Assembly (NCBI GenBank): GCA_044225365.1
Contig: JBGAIQ010000004.1
Span: 64,001 to 128,000, forward strand
Direction of reading: 5' to 3'
Origin: Planctomycetota bacterium
GTDB lineage: Bacteria > Planctomycetota > B15-G4 > JADJEK01
Length of the DNA: 64,000 nt
Position 1 is the stretch's first letter. Every line of letters begins with the position of its first letter. This document shows positions 28,659-38,541 of this stretch, one piece after another. The position numbers were made by a program, and so were the translations under genes. The notes beneath the pieces were generated by a model. It had not been told where the DNA came from, did not search any database, and worked only from the letters and a program-made list of their open reading frames with translations.

Positions 28659-29674
28659 TCGGAATCGGTCCGATCGTCGCGATCGTGCGAGATCGTGGGC
28701 GTGTCGTGCGACGGCGAATCCGGCAGGATCGGCGTCCCGTCGGGATTCGTCGTGAGTTTGGGTCGTCGCGAGCCGTGCTTGACGGTCTTGCGGTAGATCG
28801 TCTGGCCGACGCGTTCGAACGCGTCCCCGGCATCCGCGATGTTCTCCGAGTGTCCGATGATCAAGTGGCCGCCCTCGGCGAGTTGCGAGTGGAAGTGCTT
28901 CACGAGTCGGAGGCGCGTCGCGGCATCGAAGTAGATGAGCACGTTGCGACACATGATCAGATCGAGCCGACTCTTGATCGGCCACTTCTCGTCGAGCAGG
29001 TTGATGCGCTGGAAGACGATCATCGACTGCAGTTGCGGCTTCACCTGCATCAGGCCGGCGTTCGCATCCACGCCCTTCAGGAAGTACTTCTGTTGGAAGT
29101 CCTGCGGCACTGGACGCACGTGTTCGACGAGGTAGATCCCGCGTTGCGCCTGGGCGAGCACGCCGACATCGACGTCGGAGGCGAGGATCTTGAGATCGAG
29201 ACCGGGCAGATGTTCGCCGAACGCATCGCGCAGCACCATCGCGAGCGTGTAGGGTTCCTCCCCCGTGGAGCACGCCGCGCTCCAGATGCGGATCTTCCGC
29301 CCGAGCCCTTTTCGCGCGCGATCGAGCATCGCGGGAGCCCAGCGCTTCTTCAGGAAGTCGAAGTGGTGCGATTCGCGGAAGAACTCGGTCTTGTGCGTCG
29401 TGATGGCGCCGATGAACCGCACGACTTCGGGACTCTGCGGATTCTCGATGATGTGCTGCACGTACTCATGCAGCGATGAGAGCTTGACGGCGCGCACGCG
29501 ACGACCGAGCCGCGCGAGCAGCATCTCCTTCTTTCCGTCGCCGAGAACGACTCCGGTGAGCCGGTAGGCGAACTCGCACAGCCGACGGTAGTCCCCGTCG
29601 GACAGCGTGAGGTCCGGGCTGCCGTTCGATCGATCGGCGGAATCGTTCCCTGGATTCGTGTCCTTGCGTTCCAC
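28655..29674 (-). CDS. cheR: CheR methyltransferase
   Basis: TTHKTEFFRESHHF, RIWSAACSTGEEPYTLAM, ILASD, IMCRNVLIYFD, IGHSE. Confidence 0.95.
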   Translation of the reverse strand: MERKDTNPGNDSADRSNGSPDLTLSDGDYRRLCEFAYRLTGVVLGDGKKEMLLARLGRRVRAVKLSSLHEYVQHIIENPQSPEVVRFIGAITTHKTEFFRESHHFDFLKKRWAPAMLDRARKGLGRKIRIWSAACSTGEEPYTLAMVLRDAFGEHLPGLDLKILASDVDVGVLAQAQRGIYLVEHVRPVPQDFQQKYFLKGVDANAGLMQVKPQLQSMIVFQRINLLDEKWPIKSRLDLIMCRNVLIYFDAATRLRLVKHFHSQLAEGGHLIIGHSENIADAGDAFERVGQTIYRKTVKHGSRRPKLTTNPDGTPILPDSPSHDTPTISHDRDDRTDSE

Positions 29675-30217
29675 TCAGGCTCCCGCGGTCGCGGCGTTCT
29701 CGACGTCCAATGTGTAGTCGGTCTTGCTCGAGTCGATCGTCTTCTCGACGTCGAGGAGCATCACGAGTCGATCGCCATTCTTCGCGATGCCGCGCACGAA
29801 GCCTGCGTCGGGTCGCTTGCCGATCTCGGGCGGCGCCTGGATCTCCGACTCGGCGAGGTTCAGCACGTCGGAGACGGCATCGACGATCAGGCCGAGCACC
29901 TTTGCCCCGACCTTCAACACGATGATCACGGTGAAACGATCGAGTTTGCCCTCGGGCAGACCGAGCCGGCGTCGCAGATCGACGACCGGGATGATCGTGC
30001 CGCGCAGGTTCATCACTCCGCGTACGTATGGATCGACGTTCGGCAACGGCGTGACGGTCGAGTAGCCCTTGATCTCCTGGACGCTCAGGATCTCGACGCC
30101 GTACTGTTCGTCCGCGAGCTTGAAGGTGAGGTATTGCCCACCATCGGCCCCGAATCGCAATCGCGATCCGGCGGAATCCCCATTTGGGTGCCCAGTCTCG
30201 TTCTTCGGGTTCGACAT
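29675..30217 (-). CDS. cheW: CheW coupling protein
   Basis: QYLTFKLADEQYGVEILSVQEI, GVMNLRGTIIPVVDL, GLIVDAVSDV. Confidence 0.95.
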   Translation of the reverse strand: MSNPKNETGHPNGDSAGSRLRFGADGGQYLTFKLADEQYGVEILSVQEIKGYSTVTPLPNVDPYVRGVMNLRGTIIPVVDLRRRLGLPEGKLDRFTVIIVLKVGAKVLGLIVDAVSDVLNLAESEIQAPPEIGKRPDAGFVRGIAKNGDRLVMLLDVEKTIDSSKTDYTLDVENAATAGA

Positions 30218-30328
30218 CGTATTCCTCGCGCCTGCGTTCTTCGTTCGCGAGCGACGATCGATCGATCGTCGCGTGAGTTCGGGTTCGTCACTTCTCGGTT
30301 TTCTTGCGCCTGCCCATTGAGACCATGC

Positions 30329-32578
30329 TCACGAAGTCACGAGTTCGAGTTCCGGTTCTTCGGACATGGTGATCAAACCCGGAACATCGAGGATCAACGC
30401 GACCCGACCGTCGCCGAGGATGGTCGCGCCCGAGACTCCGCGCAGCTTGACGTAGTTCTCTTCGAGACTCTTGATCACGACCTGCTGTTGACCGAGCAGT
30501 TCGTCGACGAGCAACGCTGCGAGACGATCCTCGTTCTCCATGATCACGAGTAGTCCCTTCGACGGATCCGAGACCGCGGAGTCGATGCCGAAGAGGCGTG
30601 ACAATCGGATCACCGGGACGAGTCGTTCGCGCACGATGAGCATTTCCCCGCAGCCTGCCGGGTGATGCACGGCGCCAGGAGCGGGTTGGATCGATTCGGT
30701 GATCGAGACGAGCGGCAGGATGTAGACCTGCTCGCCGACGCGCAGCATCTGGCCGTCGAGGATCGCGAGAGTGAGCGGCAGCGCGATTCGGAATTGCGTG
30801 CCCTTGCCGAGTTCGGTGCGGATCGAGATCGAACCGCCGAGCGATTCGACGTTCTTGCGCACGACATCCATGCCGACGCCACGACCCGAGATCGCCGTGA
30901 CCTGCTCGGCCGTGGAGAACCCGGGGCGGAAGATCAGCGCGTGGATCTGTTCATCGGTGAGTTGATGGTCGGGTGCGACGATTCCGTTCTTGATCGCCTT
31001 GGCGAGGATCTTCTCGCGGTTCAGCCCGCGACCGTCATCGCTCACCTCGATGAAGATGTTGCCGCCGCGCTGATACGCGGAGAGCTTCACCACGCCCGCC
31101 TCCGGTTTCCCGGCGGCAAGACGCTCGTCGGGCGTTTCGAGGCCGTGGTCGAGCGAATTGCGGATCAGGTGCGTGAGGGGATCGCCGATCTTCTCGAGGA
31201 CGGTCTTGTCGAGCTCGGTGTCCTCGCCGTGGATCTCCAGCACCGCCTTCTTGTGCGTGACCCCGACGAGATCGTGGACGAGTCGCTGGAACTTCGAGAA
31301 CAGGCTTTTGATCGGAATCATGCGCACGGCCATGATCCGCTCGCGCAGTTCGCGAGCATGCCGGTCCATCTGGCCGACGGCCTCCGCGAGCATCGCGAGC
31401 TTGTTCATCGAGAAGTTCTCGATCGTCTGCGCCACCATCGACTGCGTGATGACGAGCTCGCCGACGAGATTGATCAGTCGATCGACCTTGTCGACGGGAA
31501 CGCGCAGACTGTTGATGTTCGAGGGAGATGCCGCCGAGGCACTCGTGGAGCTCGACGCACCCGCATTGGACTTCGCCGGCGACGTCGCCACGGCCGGGTG
31601 AGACTCGACGCCGGCGGCGATCTTCGCGTTCGGCTCGCCGCTCGACAGACCGGCCTTGCCCGCGTCGTCCTTGGCCGCCCGCGCAGCCTTCTCTGCGGCG
31701 AGCGCGATGACTTCTTCGGCGGAACACTCACCGAGCTCGCATCGCTCGAGCTGGCGGATCTTCACTCGCTCGGGATCGGCGAGCTTGAGCACCGCCAGGA
31801 GTTCGTCCTGAGGATGCGTCGAAAGAAGTCGAAAGTACCAAGTCAGGTAGCAGCGTTCGGGCTTCAGCTCCGAGAGCGAAGGCACGCCCTCGAACTCGCA
31901 TCGCGTCGACACGATGTCGCCCATGCTCGCGAGCGATGCAATCGTCTGCGCCGGGTCCTTGCCTCGACACATGCAGTCGGCGGCCGGACGGATTTGGATC
32001 TCGAAACCGGTGCGCTGCGCGCTCTGGGCCGCTCGGCTCGACGAGTCGTCGACCTCCAGCGGCCGCGACACCTCGAAACTCGAAGACGTCGGCGGCGCCT
32101 CGCTGCGGCTCGCCGAGGATGCCGAAACGATCGGTTCGATCGTCTCCGAGGTCGCTTCGCGATTCTCCAGCAATGCGACGATGCGCTCGAACGTGGCGCG
32201 GAACGACGCGTTCTCGTCCTCGGTGGCGGGTCGCGAGTCGTCGCGGATGCGATCGATCAGGTTCTTCACGACGTCGCCGGCGCTGAGGAGCACGGCGATG
32301 ACGGGTTTCGTGACCTCGCGCGTTCCCTTGCGCATCTGGTCGAGCAGATCCTCGAGGCGATGAGTGAATTTCGCGATGTCGTCGAAGCCGAGCATCGAGC
32401 TGTTGCCCTTCACCGTATGCACCGCTCGGAAGATGCGGTTCATCGTTTCGGCATCGGTCTGCTCGTGCTCGAGAGTCAGCAGGCACGACTCGTAGTCGGC
32501 GAGGAGTTCGGTCGCTTCCTCGAGGAAACTCTGGATGATCGGGTCGACGTCCAAGAGCGGCGCTCCGGTAGTACGCAT
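30329..32578 (-). CDS. cheA: CheA histidine kinase
   Basis: Hpt IFRAVHTVKG; LRV...LINLVGELVI; DPLTHLIRNSLDHGLE; DDGRGL; GFSTA...SGRGVGMDVV; C-terminal CheW domain. Start approximate. Confidence 0.95.
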   Translation of the reverse strand: MRTTGAPLLDVDPIIQSFLEEATELLADYESCLLTLEHEQTDAETMNRIFRAVHTVKGNSSMLGFDDIAKFTHRLEDLLDQMRKGTREVTKPVIAVLLSAGDVVKNLIDRIRDDSRPATEDENASFRATFERIVALLENREATSETIEPIVSASSASRSEAPPTSSSFEVSRPLEVDDSSSRAAQSAQRTGFEIQIRPAADCMCRGKDPAQTIASLASMGDIVSTRCEFEGVPSLSELKPERCYLTWYFRLLSTHPQDELLAVLKLADPERVKIRQLERCELGECSAEEVIALAAEKAARAAKDDAGKAGLSSGEPNAKIAAGVESHPAVATSPAKSNAGASSSTSASAASPSNINSLRVPVDKVDRLINLVGELVITQSMVAQTIENFSMNKLAMLAEAVGQMDRHARELRERIMAVRMIPIKSLFSKFQRLVHDLVGVTHKKAVLEIHGEDTELDKTVLEKIGDPLTHLIRNSLDHGLETPDERLAAGKPEAGVVKLSAYQRGGNIFIEVSDDGRGLNREKILAKAIKNGIVAPDHQLTDEQIHALIFRPGFSTAEQVTAISGRGVGMDVVRKNVESLGGSISIRTELGKGTQFRIALPLTLAILDGQMLRVGEQVYILPLVSITESIQPAPGAVHHPAGCGEMLIVRERLVPVIRLSRLFGIDSAVSDPSKGLLVIMENEDRLAALLVDELLGQQQVVIKSLEENYVKLRGVSGATILGDGRVALILDVPGLITMSEEPELELVTS

Positions 32579-32798
32579 CGCTGAAAGGGATTCGGATCGC
32601 CACACGTCGCGTCCGGTCCGCGCCCATTCATCGACCGAACCGCGCGCTCCACTTGACGATTCCGTTGCCTCGCGCGTGAACCACGCGAGGCATGTTTCAA
32701 CGCAACCCTCGCGAAGTTCCGTTCAGCTGCAGGGCATCTCTGGCCGAAGATCCGTCCTCATCTCCCCGATCCCTTCAAGCCGTTCCCGAGAGCTGCCC

Positions 32799-35210
32799 AT
32801 GGGCATTCGTACCAAGTTCACATTGATGTTTCTCCTCGCGGGCCTCGTCCCGGTCCTCGTCGCGTCCTGGGTCGCGAGGACCTCCGCCGGAGACAGCCTG
32901 CGTGCCGCGGCAGAGCGCACCGACACGACATTGCGCAAGCAGGTCGCGGATCGGATCTCGGCCGTGAGAGACGACCACAAGACAGCGCTCGAGCAGTTCC
33001 TCGGCAACGTGCTGAAACAGACCGAAGCGTTCGCCGAGGACCGAATGGTCATCGATGCCGCGATCGGATTCCGGAAGTCGTTCGCGAGTTATCGCGACGA
33101 ACTGAAGATCGACGATCCGAAGCTCGCGGAGATGAGGAAGGAACTCGGCGACTACTACAAGAGTCAATTCGCCGCCAATTATCGCGAGAAGAACCACGGC
33201 AAGGCGGTCGACGTCGGCCCCATCGTCGATCGGCTCGACGACGACGGCGTCGCCATCCAGCACGCCTACATCTTCGACAACAAGAACCCGCTCGGATCGA
33301 AGCACCTGCTCGACGCCTCGGACGACGGCTCGTCGTACTCGGCGCTCCACAAGGCCGTCCATCCGAGCATTCGAAGCTTCCTCGAGAAGTTCGGCTTCTA
33401 CGACATCTTCATCGCCGATCCGGAAACGAATCACGTCGTCTACACGTGTTTCAAGGAGACCGATTTCGCGACGGATCTGAAGAACGGCTCGTGGACGAAC
33501 ACGACCCTCGGCGCGGTCTATCGCTCGGCGCTCGAGGCGAAGAACGGCGATGGTGCGAATCTCGCGGACTTCGCCCAGTATCTGCCGTCCTACGACGATC
33601 CCGCGAGCTTCGTGTCGGTCCCGATCAAGGACCAAGGCAAGCTCGTCGGCATCGCGATGTTCCAACTCTCTCCCGAGTGGATCCAGACCGTGATGAACTC
33701 GCACTCGGGATTGGGCAAGACCGGCGACGCCTACCTCGTGGGCCCCGATCACCTGCTGCGCTCCACGAGCTTGCAGAACGCCGACCGCATGAATCTCGGC
33801 GACTCGTTCCGCAATCCCACCGTGATCAACGTCGACAATTCGGCGGTCACCGACGCCCTGCTCGGGAAGTCCGGCCTGACGACGATCGACCACGACGGTA
33901 AACCGCACCTCACGGCCTACGCACCCGCCACTTTCGGTGGCCTGCAGTGGGCCCTGCTCGTCGACATCGACGACGACGAGGCGTTCGCCGACGCGCGTGC
34001 CGCCGGCGTGGCGGCCGAAGCCGATCAATCCGAACTTGGCAAGCGCCTCATGATCTCCGCGATCATCACGACGCTGATCGTCAACCTCTTCGCGTTCTTC
34101 GCGGCGACTCGCTTTTCGAGTCCACTCCGCCATCTCGCGAGCGCACTCGAACGCGTGGCGAAGCACGATCTCACCGCACAAGTGAATCACCACTCGACCG
34201 ACGAAGTCGGCGTCCTCGCCGATGCCGCCCGCACGATGATCCAGGGGCTGTCGATGACGGTGACGGCCGTCCGTTCCAATTCGACCGAGGCTTCCGAGGC
34301 CTCGGCGCAGGTGCGCACCGCGGCCGCGACGCTCGCTCAACAGTCTCAGAGTCAGGCCGCGGCGCTCGAGGAAACGTCGGCGTCCGTCGAGGAGATCTCC
34401 GGCGCCGCGCGGCAGAACGCGGACAATGCGGAGAAGGCCGACCGGCTCGCGGCGACGGCGCGCGAAGTCGCGGTTCGCGGAGGCCAGGTGATCTCCGAGT
34501 CGGTGAGTTCGATGCACGCCATCAAGGACGCATCGCGCCGCATCGCCGAGATCATCGGCACGATCGACGAGATCGCCTTCCAGACGAACCTCCTCGCCCT
34601 CAACGCCGCGGTCGAGGCCGCGCGCGCGGGCGAGCAGGGCCGCGGCTTCGCGGTCGTCGCCTCCGAGGTCCGCAGCCTCGCGGGCCGCAGCGCCACCGCC
34701 GCGAAGGAGATCAAGACGCTCATCAACGACGCGCTCGAGAAGGTCGATTCCGGCGCCAACAAGATGGACCGCTCCGGTCACACTTTGGAAGAGATCGTGC
34801 TCTCGGTGAAGAGCGTGGCCGAGATCGTCGCCGAGATCGCCGCCGCGACCCGCGAGCAATCGATCGGGCTCTCCGAGATCACGACCGTCGTTTCGAAGAT
34901 GGACCAGGTCACGCAGACCAATTCGCAGCAGGCCGACAAGCTGCTCGGCCTCTCCCAGACGCTGGAAGCGCGCTCGACCGAACTGCGCGCCACGGTGCGC
35001 GGGTTCAAACTTCCCGAGAAGTCGGCGGCCACCGCCGTCGCCGCCGTCGCCGCCGTCGCCGCCACGGAAGCCGTGAACGAGGCCGCCGATTTCGTGACGA
35101 GCGACTCGCTCGATTCGAACGACGCGCAGCCCATGATGGTGGCGGACTTCTCCGACTTCCCGACCACCTCGATGGACGGCACGCAGAACGACGAAACCAC
35201 CGAGTTCTGA
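32799..35210 (+). CDS. Methyl-accepting chemotaxis protein (TM - periplasmic Cache-like - TM - HAMP - signalling domain)
   Basis: Two TM segments; FLEKFGFYDIF sensor region; IAFQTNLLALNAAVEAARAGEQGRGFAVVASEVRSLA hairpin. Confidence 0.95.
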   Translation: MGIRTKFTLMFLLAGLVPVLVASWVARTSAGDSLRAAAERTDTTLRKQVADRISAVRDDHKTALEQFLGNVLKQTEAFAEDRMVIDAAIGFRKSFASYRDELKIDDPKLAEMRKELGDYYKSQFAANYREKNHGKAVDVGPIVDRLDDDGVAIQHAYIFDNKNPLGSKHLLDASDDGSSYSALHKAVHPSIRSFLEKFGFYDIFIADPETNHVVYTCFKETDFATDLKNGSWTNTTLGAVYRSALEAKNGDGANLADFAQYLPSYDDPASFVSVPIKDQGKLVGIAMFQLSPEWIQTVMNSHSGLGKTGDAYLVGPDHLLRSTSLQNADRMNLGDSFRNPTVINVDNSAVTDALLGKSGLTTIDHDGKPHLTAYAPATFGGLQWALLVDIDDDEAFADARAAGVAAEADQSELGKRLMISAIITTLIVNLFAFFAATRFSSPLRHLASALERVAKHDLTAQVNHHSTDEVGVLADAARTMIQGLSMTVTAVRSNSTEASEASAQVRTAAATLAQQSQSQAAALEETSASVEEISGAARQNADNAEKADRLAATAREVAVRGGQVISESVSSMHAIKDASRRIAEIIGTIDEIAFQTNLLALNAAVEAARAGEQGRGFAVVASEVRSLAGRSATAAKEIKTLINDALEKVDSGANKMDRSGHTLEEIVLSVKSVAEIVAEIAAATREQSIGLSEITTVVSKMDQVTQTNSQQADKLLGLSQTLEARSTELRATVRGFKLPEKSAATAVAAVAAVAATEAVNEAADFVTSDSLDSNDAQPMMVADFSDFPTTSMDGTQNDETTEF

Positions 35211-35339
35211 CGCTTCGCGCACTCGGGCAAGGTCGAATCGAGCCGAATCCCCGCGATTCCTGAATGACCTTTCACGATTCGGCTCGGCGTGCGACCGATC
35301 CGAATCAAACTTCTCTCGTCCCGCGGTGTATTGACCGTG

Positions 35340-38300
35340 ATGGACGATTCGACGCCCACCTCCCCGGAAGCAATTCTCCTCGCCGCGTTGCGCGATGAGG
35401 GATGGCTCTTGCGACTCGCGCGGCACCTCGTGCCGACGAATCCCGCCGACGCCGACGACCTCACCCAGGATCTCGCCGTGATCCTGTTCTCGAGATCGCG
35501 CGGTAAGCAGGTCGATCCGGTGCGGGTTCGAGCGAGTCTCGTGGTGGCGCTGCGCAATCGCGCGAAGAACCTCTTCCGGTCGATGGCTCGACGCGCACGC
35601 CGTGAGCAATCGGCGGCGAGCACGGAGCGCGTCGAATCGACGGCATCGCTCGTGGCCCGAAGGGATCTTCACTCCATCGTCGCGCGTGAACTGCTTGCGC
35701 TCGAAGAGCCCTATCGAACGACCCTGCTTCGACGCTTCTTCGAGGATCGCTCGCCCGACGAGATCGCGGAACTCGACGCGGTGCCGTCCACGACGGTGCG
35801 GTGGCGCCAGCATCGCGGAATCGCGTTGTTGCGCGAACGGCTCGACGCTCGCCACCACGGCGACCGCGACGAGTGGCTGCGCGCCCTCGCACCTCTGCTC
35901 ACGAACATCCCCACGCCTCACGCCGTGCCGCTCGCTGGAACGATCGTCATGAAATCGAATCTCGCCGTGATCGGCGCATCCGTTGCCCTCCTCCTCATCG
36001 GCGCCTGGTTGTGGTCGAGCGGCTCGGTCACGACAGGAGTAACCGAAACGCTCTCGCAGACGAGTTCCTCGTCATCGATCTCGGGCCCGCCCCTTGCCCG
36101 GGAAGATTCCAAGGAGTCGGTCGCGAGGAGCCCCGCTGTCGCGGAACCCGTAGCGAGCGAGCCACGCACGGTTCCGTCCCCCACGGCGCGTTTGACGATG
36201 CGAGTCGTGGACGACGCTGGCGGCCCAATCCGCGGCGCTCACCTCATCGCAACCTCGATCTCGACGAGCGGCGAGACCTATGCGACCGACCCGCGGGCGA
36301 CCAGCGACGAACGAGGATTCATCACTCTCGATGTGAGTCCGAGCGACTCCACATCGCAGCCGGTTGCCAACAGCGTCTCCATCGCGCTCGTTCTGCGCGC
36401 GGATGGCTTCGTGGGCAGGATCGTTCCGACGCTCGCGCGAGTCGGGGGTGGGGTCGACCTCGGCACATTCGCAATGGGTCGAGCCAGTTCCTTGACAGGT
36501 CGTGTCGTCTTCGCGGGCGGCGGCGGCGTTTCGGGAGCACTCGTGTCCAGCGGACCGGAGATGCCGGAGATATGCCCCCTCGGCGACACGGGCGAACTCG
36601 AGTTCCCCGCCACGCGCTCGAATCCCGACGGTACGTTCCGTCTCGACGGCATTCCTCCTGGCAATGCTTGGATCCTCGCCGCGAACGAACGACTCGAATC
36701 GACGAAACGGATCGATGTTGCGCTGCGGGCGGGTGAATCGAGGGAGTTGGGAGAACTCACCCTCGAATCGACGAAGGACGCCGACGCGCTCATCGCGCAC
36801 GGAATCGTGATCGACGCCGAAGGTGTCCCCGTGGACGCGGCGAGGATCGAGATTCGCAAGAGTCGCCTGCCGGAAGGTGGACGCGGCCGTGCGTCGACCA
36901 CGACCTACACCGACCTCACCGGGCGATTCGCGACACACGTCGAGGGGGATCGCGAGGATCCGTTCGAGATCTTCGCCTTCGATACTCGTGGACGGTTCGC
37001 ACTCACCTCGTTACCCGCGCGACTCCTCGACGGTCGAGCGGTTCGAATCTCGATGTCACGGCTCCCGCTCTCCGAACTCTGCGTCGTCGACGATTCGGGC
37101 CGCGCGGTACAGGATTTCGCGGCCTATCTCGAGATCCTCGATCCCGCCGATGCCACGGAGCGGCTCGCGATGACCTCGTGCTTTGGAGTACGACGTCACT
37201 TTGACGGTCGAATGGCGATCGGCAAGCCGCGGCAACCGTTCTTCGTCGTGATCGATGCACCGGGTCATCGTTCGGGCCGATTCGGTCCCTTCGATCCGAT
37301 CTCGTCCGAGTCGATCCGGTGCACCATCGGTCGGAATCACAGCATTCGAGGCGTCGTCACGTCCCGCGGGTCCCCCGTTCGTGACGCGATCGTCTGCCTC
37401 GTGCGACCCGCGAAGCGGACCGACGAGTTCCCGGCGCTGCCGGTCGTTGCGGGAGCGTTCCTCTCCGAAGGGCAATCCGCGGGCGCCAGCGTGCCCGTGC
37501 GAACGGATTCGGAGGGCCGTTTCGAGATCGCCGGAAACCAATCGGGTCCGCATCGGCTCCACGTCCGGAAGGCGGGCATGGGATCCGCCGAATCCGAAGT
37601 CTTCGAATACGATCCCAATCGCGCGAGTCCCACGCTAGAGATCGATCTCCCCCCGGCGGCAACGATCGAAGGCGCGATCGAGGTCGATCCTGGCGATCGA
37701 GTCGCACGCCGCATCGTCGGCGCATCGATCGGGGACGGGTTCGTGCACACGACTCGCACCGATGCGACGGGGCGATTTCGATTCGAGGATCTCGAACCGG
37801 GCCGTTGGATCGTCGCTCCTTGCGCGATGGAGGTCGATCTCGACGCAGGATTCCCGGCGTGTGAGATGCGCGAGCACAGCGAGGATCCGAGCCCGAGCAC
37901 GACCGTCGTCCTCACGACGGGGTCGAATGCGACGGTGAAACTCGACCTGCGACGCAAGGACGTCGCCATCCTGTACGGCCGGATTTCCTTTCCGGGGCGC
38001 GCGTGGGGTCCCCACGCTGTTTCGCTCGATCGAATCCTCGATGATTCGAAAGTCGACCGCACCGCACGCCGAACGACGAGTGTCGACCCGGACGGCACCT
38101 ACCGTCTCGATCTCCCGACGGCCGGCAAGTGGCGACTCAACGTGGTGTGTTCTCTCTCGTCCCTGACGATCCAGAAGGACCTAGAGATCCGCTTTGGTGA
38201 GAACGAGTGGTCGATCGAGGTCGCCACCGGGGCGATCGAGTTCTCGCCGGTCGCCGACTACGTTCCACTGCGACTGGAGCGAATCGATCCCTTTTCCGGA

Positions 38301-38489
38301 GTCCTATTCCGAGTCGATTGCGCTGCAGTCCCCGGGAACGACCGCCGCATCGAGCCCGTGTTCGCAGGAAGCGGCCGGCTGTTGCACCTCGACCCGGGTC
38401 CACACGAATCTCCCGTGGTCGATCCCACGAAACCCGCGGTCGACATCGTGGTGCCTGCCAGTGGCACACTGGCGGTCGACTTGAATTGA
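35340..38489 (+). CDS. ECF sigma factor fused via a TM helix to carboxypeptidase-regulatory-like beta-sandwich repeats
   Basis: DADDLTQD; LEEPYRTTLLRRFFEDRSPDEIA...TVRWRQHRG; TM VIGASVALLLIGAWLW; repeats such as RVVDDAGGPIRGA, TRSNPDGTFRLDGIPPG, TRTDATGRFRFEDLEPGRW. Confidence 0.8.
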   Translation: MDDSTPTSPEAILLAALRDEGWLLRLARHLVPTNPADADDLTQDLAVILFSRSRGKQVDPVRVRASLVVALRNRAKNLFRSMARRARREQSAASTERVESTASLVARRDLHSIVARELLALEEPYRTTLLRRFFEDRSPDEIAELDAVPSTTVRWRQHRGIALLRERLDARHHGDRDEWLRALAPLLTNIPTPHAVPLAGTIVMKSNLAVIGASVALLLIGAWLWSSGSVTTGVTETLSQTSSSSSISGPPLAREDSKESVARSPAVAEPVASEPRTVPSPTARLTMRVVDDAGGPIRGAHLIATSISTSGETYATDPRATSDERGFITLDVSPSDSTSQPVANSVSIALVLRADGFVGRIVPTLARVGGGVDLGTFAMGRASSLTGRVVFAGGGGVSGALVSSGPEMPEICPLGDTGELEFPATRSNPDGTFRLDGIPPGNAWILAANERLESTKRIDVALRAGESRELGELTLESTKDADALIAHGIVIDAEGVPVDAARIEIRKSRLPEGGRGRASTTTYTDLTGRFATHVEGDREDPFEIFAFDTRGRFALTSLPARLLDGRAVRISMSRLPLSELCVVDDSGRAVQDFAAYLEILDPADATERLAMTSCFGVRRHFDGRMAIGKPRQPFFVVIDAPGHRSGRFGPFDPISSESIRCTIGRNHSIRGVVTSRGSPVRDAIVCLVRPAKRTDEFPALPVVAGAFLSEGQSAGASVPVRTDSEGRFEIAGNQSGPHRLHVRKAGMGSAESEVFEYDPNRASPTLEIDLPPAATIEGAIEVDPGDRVARRIVGASIGDGFVHTTRTDATGRFRFEDLEPGRWIVAPCAMEVDLDAGFPACEMREHSEDPSPSTTVVLTTGSNATVKLDLRRKDVAILYGRISFPGRAWGPHAVSLDRILDDSKVDRTARRTTSVDPDGTYRLDLPTAGKWRLNVVCSLSSLTIQKDLEIRFGENEWSIEVATGAIEFSPVADYVPLRLERIDPFSGVLFRVDCAAVPGNDRRIEPVFAGSGRLLHLDPGPHESPVVDPTKPAVDIVVPASGTLAVDLN

Positions 38490-38541
38490 CGCGAGAGGGC
38501 CACGGTAGCCCCCTCGCTCTCTCAGACTGCGGCGTTCGTGG

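Noticed and set aside
26857-29273. Apparent long fusions for CheB (658 aa) and CheD (404 aa) in the ORF track
   Set aside because: The upstream extensions are alternative frames over cheD and cheR; motifs begin at 28080 and 28658.
35034-35063. 9-bp tandem repeat (GCCGTCGCC) in the MCP tail
   Set aside because: In-frame AAV linker expansion; no phase-variation potential.
35190-35210. NWETF-type CheR/CheB tethering pentapeptide at the MCP end (ETTEF)
   Set aside because: It lacks the aromatic residue at position 2; too weak to call.
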